Source: Octopus bimaculoides
Taxonomy: Eukaryota
Length of the DNA stretch: 64,000 nucleotides
Reading direction: 5' to 3'
Assembly (NCBI RefSeq): GCF_001194135.2
Contig: NC_069000.1
Span: 15,041,603 to 15,105,602, forward strand
Position 1 is the first letter of the stretch. Every line of letters begins with the position of its first letter. The notes beneath the pieces are model-generated. The model was not told where the DNA came from. It was given only the letters and a program-made list of their open reading frames with translations, and ran no database searches. Below, piece after piece: positions 13,391-51,005 of the stretch. Position numbers and translations under genes: made by a program.

Positions 13391-13978
13391 AATAATGATA
13401 ATAATAATAATAATAATAGTAATCCTTTCTTTTATGGGTACAGGACCAGAACTTTTGTGAGGAAGGGAAGGTTGATTACATCGACCCCAGTAGATGACTG
13501 GTATTTATCTTATTGATCCTGAAAGGATAAGCAAAATGACCTTAGCTGAATTTGAGCTCAGAACTTAGACGGACAAAATGCTACTAAGCAATTTACCTTA
13601 GATGCTAACAACTCCACCAGTTTGCCGCCTTACTATATAACTAAATAATATTAGCTTTTAGCGTCTGGCTCTATCATTTCTATGATTTTAGCTGTCCTCT
13701 ATTTGCCTTGATGGCTTTTAGAGTTTAGCACTGTAATTTCTTCCACTCAAAAAGACTGCCTGCTTTTGTCTGTGGCTTTTTTAGAGTCTGGCACTCTTAT
13801 CATCCATCGTTTCCACCGCACAACTAAACCTCTTTTGTCTGATGGCTTTTAAGCCTAGCTCTTAGTCTTTAATAGAACTACTAAGCACTGCGTACACAGA
13901 CGCAGACATTGTATACAATGCTGTTAACACAAGGGAAATTAAAAAGAAAAGAAAAAAAAGCACTCAGCAAAACTACTA

Positions 13979-14069
13979 CTATGATGATAATAATAATAAT
14001 AATAATAATAATAATGGCAATAATAATAATAATAATAATGGCAATAATAATAATAATAATAATAATGGC

Positions 14070-14100
<31 letters not shown>

Positions 14101-14153
14101 GCAATAATAATAATAATAATAATGGCAATAATAATAATAATAATAATAATGGC

Positions 14154-14184
<31 letters not shown>

Positions 14185-14200
14185 GCAATAATAATAGTGG
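13979..14200 (+). repeat. (AAT)n microsatellite interrupted periodically by GGC
   Basis: Direct reading. Confidence 0.9.
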
Positions 14201-15164
14201 TAATAATATTATTAATGATGATGATGATGGCTTTCTCTTTTTTTTTTTTGGACTATTTCTTTAATAATTGTGATTTTGTTGTTGTTGTTGTTCATAAAAA
14301 TAAAAAAGACCAGCTATTATGTATTCAAACGAAGTAGAGCAGGGCAAGAAGCTTTTGTTTGCTGTAATCTGTGGGTCGATCTTCCCAAATAGCAGTCACC
14401 GGAGCATTTCACATTGTCAACAGAAACGGCAATATTGTTACCATCATTGCTGCCATATGTGCACCACCACTACCACCATCATCACCAACAACTACAACAA
14501 CATTACCAACACAACATCACTACTAGTAACATCAACCAACAAGGGAGCCTTTATGTGGTTGTTTGGTCTGTTAGAAATAGCAGCAAAATCTCCTTCACAT
14601 CACCATCCTTACTGTCTTTGGAAAAGGATATTTTGGGTAAGGTCGGCTTTGCTTTTCATCCTTTTGGAGGTCAATAAGAAAAGGATCAGCTGAGTACTAG
14701 GGGGCAGGGGTTGATGTAATTGACTCAACTACTCCTGGGTATGAGTATAAAAACTGCACCCCTCTGCTAAACCATGTTGAACTAGTGTTGCAGAGTATGC
14801 TCATCAAACCAGTATGATCTCGTGCCATTTTCTGGTTGAGACAACATGCTGAGGTCCTCATCCTGCAGTGGACTGAACATGGGCAATCCAATATATGTAA
14901 TAATTGAAGAATCTATTAGGCACTTTACTGTGTTTTGTAATGCGCCTGATCCTCTGGTCTGTAGAAAAATTGTCTTGCATGAAACCAGTCTATAATTCAA
15001 AAAAGTTTAGGGAGTCATAGCTCTAAAGGAAAACTTCATGTTACTGATTCTATTTCAGGGGAAAATAAAAACCCTGTGTATTTACTGACCATTATGAATT
15101 CTAATAAAAAATATTTGCCCAAAAAAAAAGAAGAAAAAAACCTTCTTGTATAATGTATTCTTGA

Positions 15165-39914
<24,750 letters not shown>

Positions 39915-40944
39915 TTATATGGAAACGGGGAAAGAAAAATGGTATAAAAAAAAAAAAAAAAAAAAAACCCTAAAAACAGAAAAAAATTTTTTTTTACTAT
40001 TGAAAACAATGGAAAAGGAAAAAGAAACTGTCTTACTTTGAATTCCCACCTCACTTTTACTTACACACATGTACACACATTTGTTCTTGTACAAAGCATA
40101 AATAATATTCCTCTTGTTTAATTTGTAATTTTATTTTTCTACACCTTATCTTTAGGCATCTGATTATTCTGTCCCCTATTTTGACCGCTCTAAGATTCCT
40201 TCATTAACCGCTTTTTTCCATTTCTTTTGTATCCTTTGCACTTCCAAAAAAAATCCTAAGAGTATAACAATAGTAACAATAAACAAAACACTAGAAATAT
40301 TATTTCTATTACAATGTTCTGCACCTCTTGCAAAAAAAAAAAGGAAAATATAATTAAAAACAACTATACATTCTACTATTTTTAATCTATTACAGTCTGT
40401 TAGCAAATTTCTTAGTATTTAATTTATCTAAAACCTAAGTTAAATTTCGGTCTCCTTAATTTTTTTTTTTACATATTTTAAGGTGATTCTTGGATTTCAT
40501 TTTCCTGTATTTTTTGTTTTTTTTTTGAGTGGTTGAAGATTCCGTGTGTGGAGGTGGGGTTTTGAGTAAATCAGAAGAGACTAGAGATTAAAGGAAGAAT
40601 TAATTTTAGGATGTCCCTCTTCTCAAGTGGAAGCAGTTTTTTTTTTTATCAATTGTTGTTAAACTTCTTAAATCAGTTTGTCTAATACTTAAGTGTGATT
40701 TAATTCTTAACATGTGAATAACGAACTTCTCTCTGTTTCATAATCGATTAAATCTTCTATCATTTTAAATTAAGAACATTTTTATTTTTGTAATTCTTTA
40801 ATTAAAATAAACGATAAAATTTTTCTTTTTTTTTTTGTGTGTGTGCTTTTGATTTGATTTTTTTTTTCTTCCATCCATTTCTTCCAGTTTATTTTTTTTC
40901 TTTTGTGTTACATATTTTTAAGATTGTTTGAAGTTTAATTTTAA

Positions 40945-41275
40945 AAGTAAACACTTGAAGTCTGACATTATTAATGAAGAAAGACTAGGGAGTAGAATTT
41001 GTTGGGTTAATTCTGCTTTTTTTTCTGCAAGAATTAGCAAAGTAAATGAAAAGGATTGTCTTTGAAGAAAAATCAAAACCTTGATAATGAGGCTGGTTGT
41101 ATGTGTGGTGGGGAGAAGAGAGATTGTACCAGATTTGAAAGTAACCAAGGACTTGACTTCAATCCCAGATACTTTTCTGTCTGAAAATATTTATAACTCT
41201 GCTCTAGGGTCTGTTGGTCAAAAGCTGAACTTGTTAGACATATGAAATCTCAGCATTTATTAAAGGAAGAGATGG
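40945..41275 (+). mobile_element. Very old LINE C-terminal remnant with a C2H2-like finger
   Basis: *LCSRVCWSKAELVRHMKSQH at ~41190-41255, with CTRFESN and KDCL upstream; resembles the zinc finger after the RT in RTE-clade LINEs. Confidence 0.35.
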
Positions 41276-41963
41276 CCTTCTCTTTTTTTCTTTTTGGTGT
41301 GTATCTCCTATGTCAGCAGCACCAATTATGAATGTAAACGTTTCAGCAGTGCTTGCTTCATGGGGTTGGGGGTTGGGGGGTCATCCCAGATTAGTGGTCC
41401 CAGAGACACCATCATGTGTAGAGCCAACCAGGTCCACCAATGTTCTTAATCGCTGGCGGTCCCATGCCAGTAAAAGTAATTACTGGTGGCAATGGTCCTG
41501 GCTGGAGTCGATGGAGAGAAGTGGATGGGGGGGAAAGGTTGGGAAGCATAGATTCTGCAGGTCTCCTTCGCATGTTAGTGCCCTGCCATTGAGAATAACA
41601 AGGTGCACAAAAAGGTTTTGCTGCATTAATCCAGTTCTTAAATGTTTAATCTCAACAGAGTAAACCTAGGATGATCAAAGATGTTCCAGCCATGCCCTTC
41701 CCACTTATTTTTGTTTCAGATGTTATGCATTTACAATCTCATTATCCAAAGTGTGTCCCACTTTTGTGATTTTCTGCCTAGGCAGCTCCTTTCAAACTGT
41801 CCAACCCATGCCAGCATGGAAAGCGGACATTAAATGATAAGAGGTTCGGCAAAAGAGACCAATAGAATAAGTACTAGGCATCTAAAGGCTGTGCTCCAGC
41901 ATGACTGAAACAAGTAAAAGAGTAATACCTTGAATATAAAAGCAATTGATTGTTCGATAAAGT

Positions 41964-41969
41964 TTTATT
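41964..41969 (-). terminator. Candidate FBXL8 polyadenylation signal AATAAA
   Basis: tttatt on + is AATAAA on -, about 100 nt past the stop codon; the position is plausible but unproven in AT-rich DNA. Confidence 0.35.
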
Positions 41970-42069
41970 GCTTGCAAATTTTGTAAAACAAATCTCTTTC
42001 TTTTTTACACATTATAAAATGATCGTCCCTTTAATTAGTGGTTCCCTTATAAAACACCCTGCTATTTTT

Positions 42070-42985
42070 TTACCAGTAGTCATCTTCAATGCCAACTACC
42101 CAAGGTTCAGGTTCCTTTTTGTCTTTGAGAATGTAATTACCAGTTTCTTTCAGTTTAGGGCACAATTCAAATAATTTTTCTATAACCCACGGCTCCAGGA
42201 CACAGTAGACATAAAGTTTGCCAAGTTTCTTGCAATGTGTAGCCATGTACACGAGAGGTTCATGCAAAGAATTTGAAGATACGGTGCGAAGAACCAAGCT
42301 TTGCAATGTGTCAGAATAGTATTTCGCTGTTTGAATCACTTCATCATTAAGCATAGTAAATGTGTCTAAATGCAGGTGTGCTACTGGAATTTCAGGTTGC
42401 ATAATTTCCAGCACACGGTCTTTTGGACAGGTGTGATCAAATACTAGCTTCACTTCAAGCTGGGGATGAGCTTGTCTGAATGCTGACCAAGCTTCCGGTG
42501 AAAGATCAGAGTGATATTTATCTTCGATTCTACATTTCAGTGACAAACGTTTCATAGTAGGGGGCCGATTGCTTTCGGCAAATGCAAACAACACTTTGTC
42601 TGAAAGACAGGAGTAAAACAGGTGCAGTTCTTGCAAGTAGTGACAGCGCTGAACTAACCTTAACATGCAATCACAGGTCACTTTGCAAACGAGTACATGG
42701 TTTTGTATGTTTAGCATCTGTAGCTTTGGGTTGTTCTCTGAGAGATAGTCAAAGACAGTGTCATCGTAGGCGACATCAAGGTGCTCTAAACTGATTTGTG
42801 TCAATTGAGCAGGAGATTCTTCAGCGTCTTTTAACAAGCTGGTATCAAACAACTCTCTTAATGCTTGTACAAACTCTGTACCGGCATAAAACAAAGGGTT
42901 CTTCGAAGTAAATATAATAGTGAGAGTCGTAAGGCGGCGATTTGGTAACAAGGATAGATATTTCAAAAGCTTTATGGAATTTTGT
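42070..42985 (-). CDS. FBXL8: FBXL8 second coding exon (LRR-like region)
   Basis: Acceptor ttctaatttttacAG; in frame with ORF 42070..42966. Confidence 0.88.
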
Positions 42986-44010
42986 CTGTAAAAATTAGAA
43001 AGGGGAAAAAAAAGAATAAAAGATTATTTTGAGTTTGCAGATGAAATTGACAGCAATGTGTTAATGTAGATGAGATATACATGCTGGGCGAAAATAATGT
43101 TGAAGGTAAAAAAAGTCTTCAGAAAAAGTAATTACAACTGATTAGAGAATGTTAGGATTCAAAATTGAGGTAATACAGACACATTACAGACTTCTGTAAT
43201 GCCCATGGGCATATGGTGTAGTGGTTAAGAGCGAGGGCTACTAACCCCAAGATTCCGAGTTTGATTCCAAGCAGTGACCTGAACAATAATAATAATATCG
43301 AGAAATTCCTTTAGGAATGAGAACCCAGGTTCGAAATTTCCCCAAGACACCCGAAGAAGGCTGGAGAGTATATCAGCCGAAATGTTGTGTTATTATTATT
43401 AAGAAAGCGGTGAGCTGGCAGAATTGTTAGCATAAGGTCAACTTTGCCTTTCAGGGTTGATAAATTAAGTACCACTGAAACACTGGAGCTGATGTAACCA
43501 ACTAGTCCCCTTCTTGCAAATTTCAGACCCCGTGCCTTTAGTAGAAAGGATTATTGTCATTATTAAGGTGGTGAGCTGGCAGAATTGTTAGCATGCCGGC
43601 CAAAATGCCTAGCAGCATTTCGTCTGTCTTTCCGTTCTGAGTTCAACTTTGCCTTTTATCCTTTCAGGGTCAATTAAATAAGTACCAGTTATGCATTGGA
43701 GTCGATGTAATTGAGTTACCTTCTCCCCACAAATTTCAGGCCTTGTAGCTATAATAGAAATTATTATTATTATTATTATTAAAGTGTCAGGTTGGCAGAA
43801 TTGTTAGCATACTGTGCAAAATGCTTCATGGCATTTTGCCTGTCTTTATGTGCTGAGTTCAACTTTGCCTTTCATCCTTTTGGGACTGATAAATTAGATA
43901 CCCGTGGAATACTGGGGGTTGATGTTATCGACTTAACCCCTCCCTCAAAATTTCAAGCCTTGTGCCTATTGTAGAAAGGATGATGATGATTATCATTATT
44001 AATGTTGTTG

Positions 44011-44050
<40 letters not shown>

Positions 44051-44611
44051 GGTGGTGAGCTGGCAGAATTAACAATGCTGGGCAAAATGCTTAGCTGCAT
44101 TTTGTTTGTACATTCTGAGTTCAAATGCCACTGAAGTTGACTTTGCCTTTCAACCTTTTGGTGTTGATAAACAAAGTACCAGTTATATACTGGGGGTCAA
44201 TGTAATCGACTTACCTGCCTTCCCTGAAATTGCTGGCCTTGTGCCAAAATTTGAAATTATTATTATTATTATTATTATTACTACTATTTCCTTTCATGGA
44301 CCTTCATGTTTCCATTTGGTTAAGACTTATTTTTGTTTACTATGATGATGATGTTACCTGTTGTGTTCTTCACTTTGATCTAACACCACAGTTAGATGCT
44401 TGAAAAAATGTCCATATTCATTCAAGGAACCGAGAAGAGCTTGATTTCTTTCAGACAAGAACTTAAAGACCACGGTATGCCACAGGCACGAAGAGTGAAA
44501 ACAATTGTTCCAAGCTTTACACGTCAAAGAGGCATGGTAACGGTCTGTGAGTTGAAGGAGCTTTGACATAATCTGGATAACGATGTGTTCTGGTAACGAA
44601 CTCCAATCCAT
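42070..44611 (-). CDS. FBXL8: F-box/LRR-repeat protein 8; complement(join(42070-42985,44358-44611)), 389 aa
   Basis: ATG at 44611 in a cccaccATGG context. F-box MDWSSLPEHIVIQIMSKLLQLTDRYHASLTCKAW. Phase-2 intron GT(44357)..AG(42987-42986) joins to RQNSIKLLKYL. The motifs KNPLFYAG, LSPEAWSAFRQAHPQLEV, IMQPEIPVAHLHL, YYSDTL, LYVYCVL and EPEPW align from memory with vertebrate FBXL8. Confidence 0.85.
43207..43280 (+). mobile_element. tRNA-derived SINE head upstream of the hammerhead motif
   Basis: A-box TGGTGTAGTGG, B-box-like GAGTTTGATTCC, anticodon-loop-like ggg-CTACTAA-ccc; no complete cloverleaf. Confidence 0.65.
43346..43391 (+). ncRNA. Degenerate minimal hammerhead ribozyme (Penelope pLTR type)
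   Basis: gacac-CcGAAGA-a-ggctg-gagagtatat-cagcc-GAAAt-GTT-gtgtt. Stem I (gacac/gtgtt) and stem II (ggctg/cagcc) are intact. U4>C and C15.2>T (ACGT palindrome changed to ATGT) in this copy. Confidence 0.65.
43405..44280 (+). mobile_element. Cluster of four SINE family B copies in the FBXL8 intron
   Basis: Repeated ggtgagctggcagaattgttagc...gactttgcctttcatcctttc.gggtc.ataaa..agtaccag...(ATT)n; the central block resembles conserved SINE domains of the Meta/Nin type (unverified). Confidence 0.85.
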
Positions 44612-44619
44612 GGTGGGAC
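44358..44619 (-). CDS. FBXL8: FBXL8 first coding exon (8-nt UTR plus F-box), preceded by a 5'-UTR intron
   Basis: The minus strand reads tgtttatttgtttatttgtAG|gtcccaccATG, a splice acceptor 8 nt before the ATG; donor cag|GTAAC at 44357. Confidence 0.85.
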
Positions 44620-44704
44620 CTACAAATAAACAAATAAACAAAAGTAGTCATGATGCGTTTGGTGGTGTAATCTTGTACATGTTCAACTTTTGCAAGAGAC
44701 TACT

Positions 44705-45365
44705 GGGACACAATATGTTCAGGACAAGGCCAGCAATTTCGCGGGGTGGGGGTACTGGTATTTATTTTATCATCCCTGAAAGGATAAAAGCAAAGTTGAC
44801 CTCAGTGGAATTTGAACTCAGAATGTAAAGACGGACAATATGCCGCTAAGCATTTTACCCAGCGTGCTAATGATTCTGCCAGTTCGCTGCCTTAATAATA
44901 ATAATTATCATTATTATAATAATCCTTTCTACTAAAGGCACGATGCCTGAAATTTGTGGGGAGGGGACTAGTTGATGACATCAACCCCAGTGATTCACTG
45001 GTACTTAATTTATCAATCCCGAAAGGATAATAATAATAATAATAATAATAATCCTTTCTATTAAAGGCCCAAGGCCTGAAATTTAGTGAGAGGGGACTAG
45101 TCGATTACATTGACCCTCCCAGTGTGTAACTGGTACTTATTTTATTGACCCTGAAAAGATGAAAGGCAAAGTTGACCTCTGCGGAATTTGAACTCGGAAC
45201 GTAAAGATGAACAAAATGCCACCAAGCATTTTGCCTGGAATGCTAAAGATTCTGCCAGTTAGAAGAAAAAGGAGGAGAATAATAATAATAATAATAATGG
45301 CACAAGACCAGCAATTTCAGGAGAGGGGATAAGTTGATTACATTGACCCCCAATGCTCAACTGGC
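44705..45365 (-). mobile_element. Cluster of SINE family B copies in the opposite orientation
   Basis: Reverse complements of the 43405-44280 copies. Confidence 0.85.
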
Positions 45366-46290
45366 AACTTATTTCCCAGAGAGAAATATACCATATGTTT
45401 CCCCCTAGGGAAATATACCATATTTGATGATAAGACTCCTATCTCTATTCCTCTATTGTTCTTTTTAGTCACCTCCTTAAATACTACTTCTTATGCCAGT
45501 CAAGGGATCTTTGTCTTGCAAGTTAACTTGGTGACCCCGCTGGTGCAGGTGCCATGCAAAAAGTACCCAGTAGACTCTGTAAAGTGGTTGGCATTAGGAA
45601 AGACATCCAACCACAGAATCCATGCAAAAACAGACAATTGAGCTAAGTACAGTCGTCTTGGAATGCCAGCTCTTGTCAAACAATCCAAACCAGTGCCAGC
45701 ATAAAAAATGGACATTAAATGATGATGATGATGAGGTATGCTTTGTTTTTCACCCCCAAAAATGTCTCCAAAAAAAAATCACCCTGGGTTCTATTTGTGA
45801 AGTTGGGCCTACCATAAGCATCTTTAATGCACTCAAATCCTTTTCTTGATTATTTGCTGCTGAAATTAGGGTATGTCAAACATTCCCCTGTGTCTTTCAT
45901 GCTGTCAAATAATGTGTTTCTTAAGTGTGATTGTATCAGTGAAAATGTTGGCTTTTGTAGCTTGTGGGCAATATCTTTTCACAAGTAGTAACAATGAAGG
46001 TAGCCAGAAATTATTAGCTCATACTTGTGAAGAAAGGTCATGTTTAGAATTCTTTTTATGAATAGACAGAAGTTATTCCATATTTGTAAAAGGAATGTCA
46101 GGTTTAAAATTCTTTTTAGAAATTGATCTATTTTGTACATTCAACCAAATTTAGTGCATGGTGTTGCTCCAGCATGACTGCAAATGCATGGCTGAAATGA
46201 ATATAAGAATATACAGGCAATAAATGAGAGCTATTCTGGGCTCCCTGAAACAGCTGTTAAGCTAAAAAATTACATATTCTATTCTGCACT

Positions 46291-46823
46291 TGGTTTCCAC
46301 GCTTTAGGAATGGTCACTTGTCACTTGAAGACCAACCTTGTTCAGGGCATCCGTTGACCTCCCAAACGAATGAAAGCATCATGAAAATTCATGAACTGAT
46401 GATATGACTGGTATATACTGGAGCTCCTGCCAACGAATTTTGACCGAGGAACTGTGAATGAAAAGAGTTGCAGCTAAATTTTTGCCTCGCTTGCTCACGG
46501 ACGATCAAAAGCAGTCATGACTGAATGCGTGCCGTGAACCTTCTCTTGAATTGGTCTGTACCTTTTCTCAAAGGTCATCACTGGTGATAAAAGCTGATGC
46601 TATGGAATTTGCAGATGTGGAAGAGGTGAAGAAAAAAATGATGAAGGCATTAAAAGGTATCACTCTGCAAGAGTTCCAGCACTGCTTCGAACAGTGGAAA
46701 ATGCATCTGGACCAATGCATTGCTTCAAATGGAGAATAATTTGAAGGCGATAAAAGTGCAAACGTGTAAAATTAAGTGAATAAAATAATATTGCAAAATT
46801 CCGGTTTCATTTGGGTACCCCCT

Positions 46824-46827
<4 letters not shown>
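46291..46827 (+). mobile_element. Internally deleted mariner element with right TIR
   Basis: WFPRFRNGHLSLEDQPCSG, MKRVAAKFLPRLLTDDQK and EFQHCFEQWK..LDQCIASNGE*FEG. The right end ccggtttcatttgggtaccccctccTA (46801-46827) abuts (TA)n. Confidence 0.85.
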
Positions 46828-46861
<34 letters not shown>

Positions 46862-48174
46862 TTAGTTTTATCTGGTATTTCAGATGATTTCAAGGACAGA
46901 CTGTCTCATTACTGTATTTTGTTTTATAACACAAAAATGCAGATGAGCTTAATATGAAAGTACCTTTTAAGTACAAATCAGTTCCCACCTAAAAAANNNN
47001 NNNNNNNNNNNNNNNNNNNNNNNNNNNNNNNNNNNNNNNNNNNNNNNNNNNNNNNNNNNNNNNNNNNNNNNNNNNNNNNNNNNNNNNNNNNNNNNNNNNN
47101 NNNNNNNNNNNNNNNNNNNNNNNNNNNNNNNNNNNNNNNNNNNNNNNNNNNNNNNNNNNNNNNNNNNNNNNNNNNNNNNNNNNNNNNNNNNNNNNNNNNN
47201 NNNNNNNNNNNNNNNNNNNNNNNNNNNNNNNNNNNNNNNNNNNNNNNNNNNNNNNNNNNNNNNNNNNNNNNNNNNNNNNNNNNNNNNNNNNNNNNNNNNN
47301 NNNNNNNNNNNNNNNNNNNNNNNNNNNNNNNNNNNNNNNNNNNNNNNNNNNNNNNNNNNNNNNNNNNNNNNNNNNNNNNNNNNNNNNNNNNNNNNNNNNN
47401 NNNNNNNNNNNNNNNNNNNNNNNNNNNNNNNNNNNNNNNNNNNNNNNNNNNNNNNNNNNNNNNNNNNNNNNNNNNNNNNNNNNNNNNNNNNNNNNNNNNN
47501 NNNNNNNNNNNNNNNNNNNNNNNNNNNNNNNNNNNNNNNNNNNNNNNNNNNNNNNNNNNNNNNNNNNNNNNNNNNNNNNNNNNNNNNNCCCCCCCCCCAT
47601 CGCTTGACAACCGATGCTGGTGTGTCTACGTCCCCGTAACTTAGTAGTTCGGCAAAAGAGACCGATAGAATAAGTACTAGGCTTACAAAGAATAAGTCCT
47701 GGGGTCAATTTGCTCGACTAAAGGCGGTGCTCCAGCATGGCCGCAGTCAAATGACTGAAACAAGTAAAAAAGTAGAGTAAAAGAGTATACCTGAAAACAC
47801 ACTCAGATGTATATTCTCAGGTACATAAATAATCATGTAGAGGTACACATGCCTGAAAACACACACACACACACACATGGGAATCAAGAAATATAAGTAA
47901 TTCTTTTAGAAAATAAATGACAGCCAAATTTTTCAGGAAAATCCATCCCACGCTTCCACCTCTGTTATCTTAGCAAATAACTAGACCTCGTTGGTCTTTC
48001 TGCATTTTCTAAGACAGGTTTTTTTATGTGTGACTTACGTTCAGCCTGAAGCTCTATGTGCATTGTAATGGTTATATATAGAACAAGCTAGGGTGGAAAC
48101 AGTTTTATGTAACAAAGCAGTTAGAGATAATACTTTGGAAGAAAGCTGTGTGGTTGTCTTTACAATGCATATCA

Positions 48175-48417
48175 CAATGTGTGTGAAGGCGTGTATGTGT
48201 GAATGTACATGTGTGTGTATGAATTTGTGTGTGTGTGAGTGTACATGCATGTGTGTATATGAATTTGTGTGTGAATGTACATGTATGTGCGTGTGTACGT
48301 ATATGAATTTATGTGTGAGTGAACTTGGATTTGTGTGTGTGTGAATGTGCTTGAATTTATGTGTGTGTGAATGTGTATGTGTGTATGAATTTATGTGAGT
48401 GTGTGAGTGTGTCTGTG

Positions 48418-48453
<36 letters not shown>

Positions 48454-48510
48454 CTTGAATTTATGTGGGCACGAATTTGTGTATGTGTGTGTGTATGTGT
48501 GCAAGAATTT

Positions 48511-48544
<34 letters not shown>

Positions 48545-48600
48545 ATGAATTTATATGTATGCGCATGAATTTATGTACAAGTGTGTGTGTGTGTGTAAGT
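48175..48600 (+). repeat. (TG)n-rich minisatellite with recurring gaattt spacer
   Basis: Direct reading. Confidence 0.85.
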
Positions 48601-49776
48601 TGTTTAACCCCAGGTCAGCTCTGATTGGACAGACAGACAGACAGACAATGGTTTCAAATTTAGGTATTCAGTTACAAACAAGGTTAGCAATTTTTTTTTT
48701 TTTTGAGGGGGTGGTCACACTTAGTCACCATCATCAACCTTTGTACTTGACTAGCATTTTATTTAAGTGACTCTTGAAAAGAATGTGTGTGTGTGCATGT
48801 GCACATGTGTGTCTGCCTATATCTGTATGCTTTAATGCATAATGAGTTGTACCTGTAATTCAATGGTCCAGCCTTGTCACATTCTTTGTCATGCTGAATC
48901 TCCCTGAGAATTACATTGAAGGTTCATGTGTCTGTGGATTACTCAGTCACTTGTATGTTAATTTCATGAACAGGCTGTTCTGTTGATTGGATCAAATTGA
49001 ACCCTTGTCATTGGAACCGACAGAGTACCAGATAATGTAAAACGTAGATGCTAGTATGTTGTGTATTGATTTCTGTTCTGTTATATCAGCATTAAACATT
49101 TTTTGTTGTTTTCTTCGTTTATAATAATTAATGCAATTAACGAAGTAATTAGCAAATGTCTCCATGAACAATGACTCATAAAGTCTGGCTTTAATCTGGA
49201 ATTTACTCCCTCTCTATGTGTATGAATGATACACTCCACCTTCCCCCTTTCTGAAGAGGTGACAGGACAACCAGCTCATGGGACAAGTGTTCTTGTCTCT
49301 CACAGGTAGTGTTTTAATGTGCATTTCGCAGCAAAAGAAGATGTGTGGTTAAGACGTTTGACTCCTAACCACATGGTTTCAGGTTCAGTCCCCACAGCAT
49401 AGCACTTTGGGTAAGTGTCTTCAGACAATTCTTCTGGCTCTTTATGTTCTGAGTTCAAATCCTGGCTAGCATTGCCTTTTGTCTTTTACAGGTTCAATAA
49501 AATAAAGCACCAGTCAAGTGCCAGGGTTAATATGATCAACTAATCTCACTCTCCCTAACATTGCTGGCCTTGTGCCAAAATTTAAAACATGGCTCAGAGC
49601 TTAGACCGTTGGGATCACAATCACAAGGTAGTGAGTTCAATTCCTGGACTGGGCTGTGTGTTGTGTTCTTGAGCAAGACACTTTATTTCACTGACAAGCA
49701 AATCTGCAGTATTGAGCAGAATATCTGCTAACGATTCTACCAGCTCGCTGTCTTCTCTTGCTCAATATCCTGTAGT

Positions 49777-51005
49777 GTGGTTTATGGTCTAGTCACCTGT
49801 ATTGTAAATCAGGTGATTCATGAAAGAGTCATACCCAATGATTGGTGTAGCAGCACCATAGTCAACTGCTACAAAGGTAAAGGTGATGCCTTAGATAGAA
49901 ATAATTACAGAGGTAGCAAATTGTTGGATCATGTGATGAAAGTTACGGAGAGAGTCATAGCCCAATTAATTAGGGAGAGAGTTAGTCTAGATGAGATGCA
50001 GTTTGGCTTTGTGCCTGGTCAAAGCACCACAGATGCTATATTTCTGGTAAGGCAACTGCAGAAGAAATACCTAGCCAAAGATAAACATCTGTACTTGGCT
50101 TTTGTTGACTTGGAGAAACCTTTTGTCAGAGTCCCCGGATCCCTTATCTGGTGATCAATGCGGAAACTAGGGATAGAGGAGTGGTTGGTGAGAGCTGTAC
50201 AAGCCTTGTACAGGAACAGTACCAGTAAGGTGAGGGTGGGCAATGAGTACAGTGAAGATTTCTGGGTACAAGTAGGGGTTCACCAAGGATCGGTGCTCAG
50301 TTCCCCTTTGTTCATCAATCCTCCAGGCAATAACAGAGGAATTCAAGATAGGCTGTCCTTGGGAGTTCCTTTATGCTGATGACCTTGTTCTTATAGCTGA
50401 ATCACTACCTGAGCTAGAGAAGAAGTTCCAGGTATGGAAACAAGGTCTAGAATCAAAGGGCCTTAGAGTTAACCTAGCAAAAACCAAAGTCATAGTAAGT
50501 AGGAAGGCAAACAAATCACAGATCCTCTCAGGTAAATGGCCCTGCTCAATCTGTAGAAAAGGTGTAGGTAGAAACTCCCTAAGATGCACCCAGTGTAAGC
50601 TTTGGACACACAAAAGATGCAACAACATCAAAGGAACATTAACAGGAAACTAACTTTTGTATGTGGAAGGTGTACAAGCATAATAAATGCTGAACATATG
50701 CAGAAAATAGACTCCATCAACTGCCAGAGGCGCAAGCTAGAGGTAGCAGATAGCTTCTGGTATCTAGGTGACCAGGTTAGTAGGGGAGGTGGATGTTCTG
50801 AGAGCATAGCCGTGACAATAAGATTACGTTGGGCAAAGTTCAGAGAGCTCCTACCTCTGCTGGCAGCAAAAAGCCTCTCTCAGAGGAAAAACCAAATTGT
50901 TTGATGCCTGTGTGTGAACAGCTATGTTGGATGACAGTGAAATATGGGCTATAACACCCACGGACATGCATAGGATTGAGAGAAATTAAGTCAGTATGCT
51001 TCACT
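49777..51005 (+). mobile_element. RTE-type LINE reverse-transcriptase fragment (stops and frameshifts)
   Basis: IPNDW..STIVNCYKGKGDALDRNNYRG..LLDHVMKV, QFGFVPG.STTDAIFLVRQLQ.KY, LAFVDLEK, GVHQGSVLS; YADD at 50372-50383. Confidence 0.92.

Noticed and set aside
43207-43280. Functional tRNA gene
   Set aside because: The acceptor stem and T-arm do not close and the B-box is degenerate; treated as a SINE head.
44612-44641. Upstream start MFICLFVGPT of ORF 44354..44641
   Set aside because: This is the polypyrimidine tract and acceptor; the ATG at 44611 has the Kozak context and begins the F-box.
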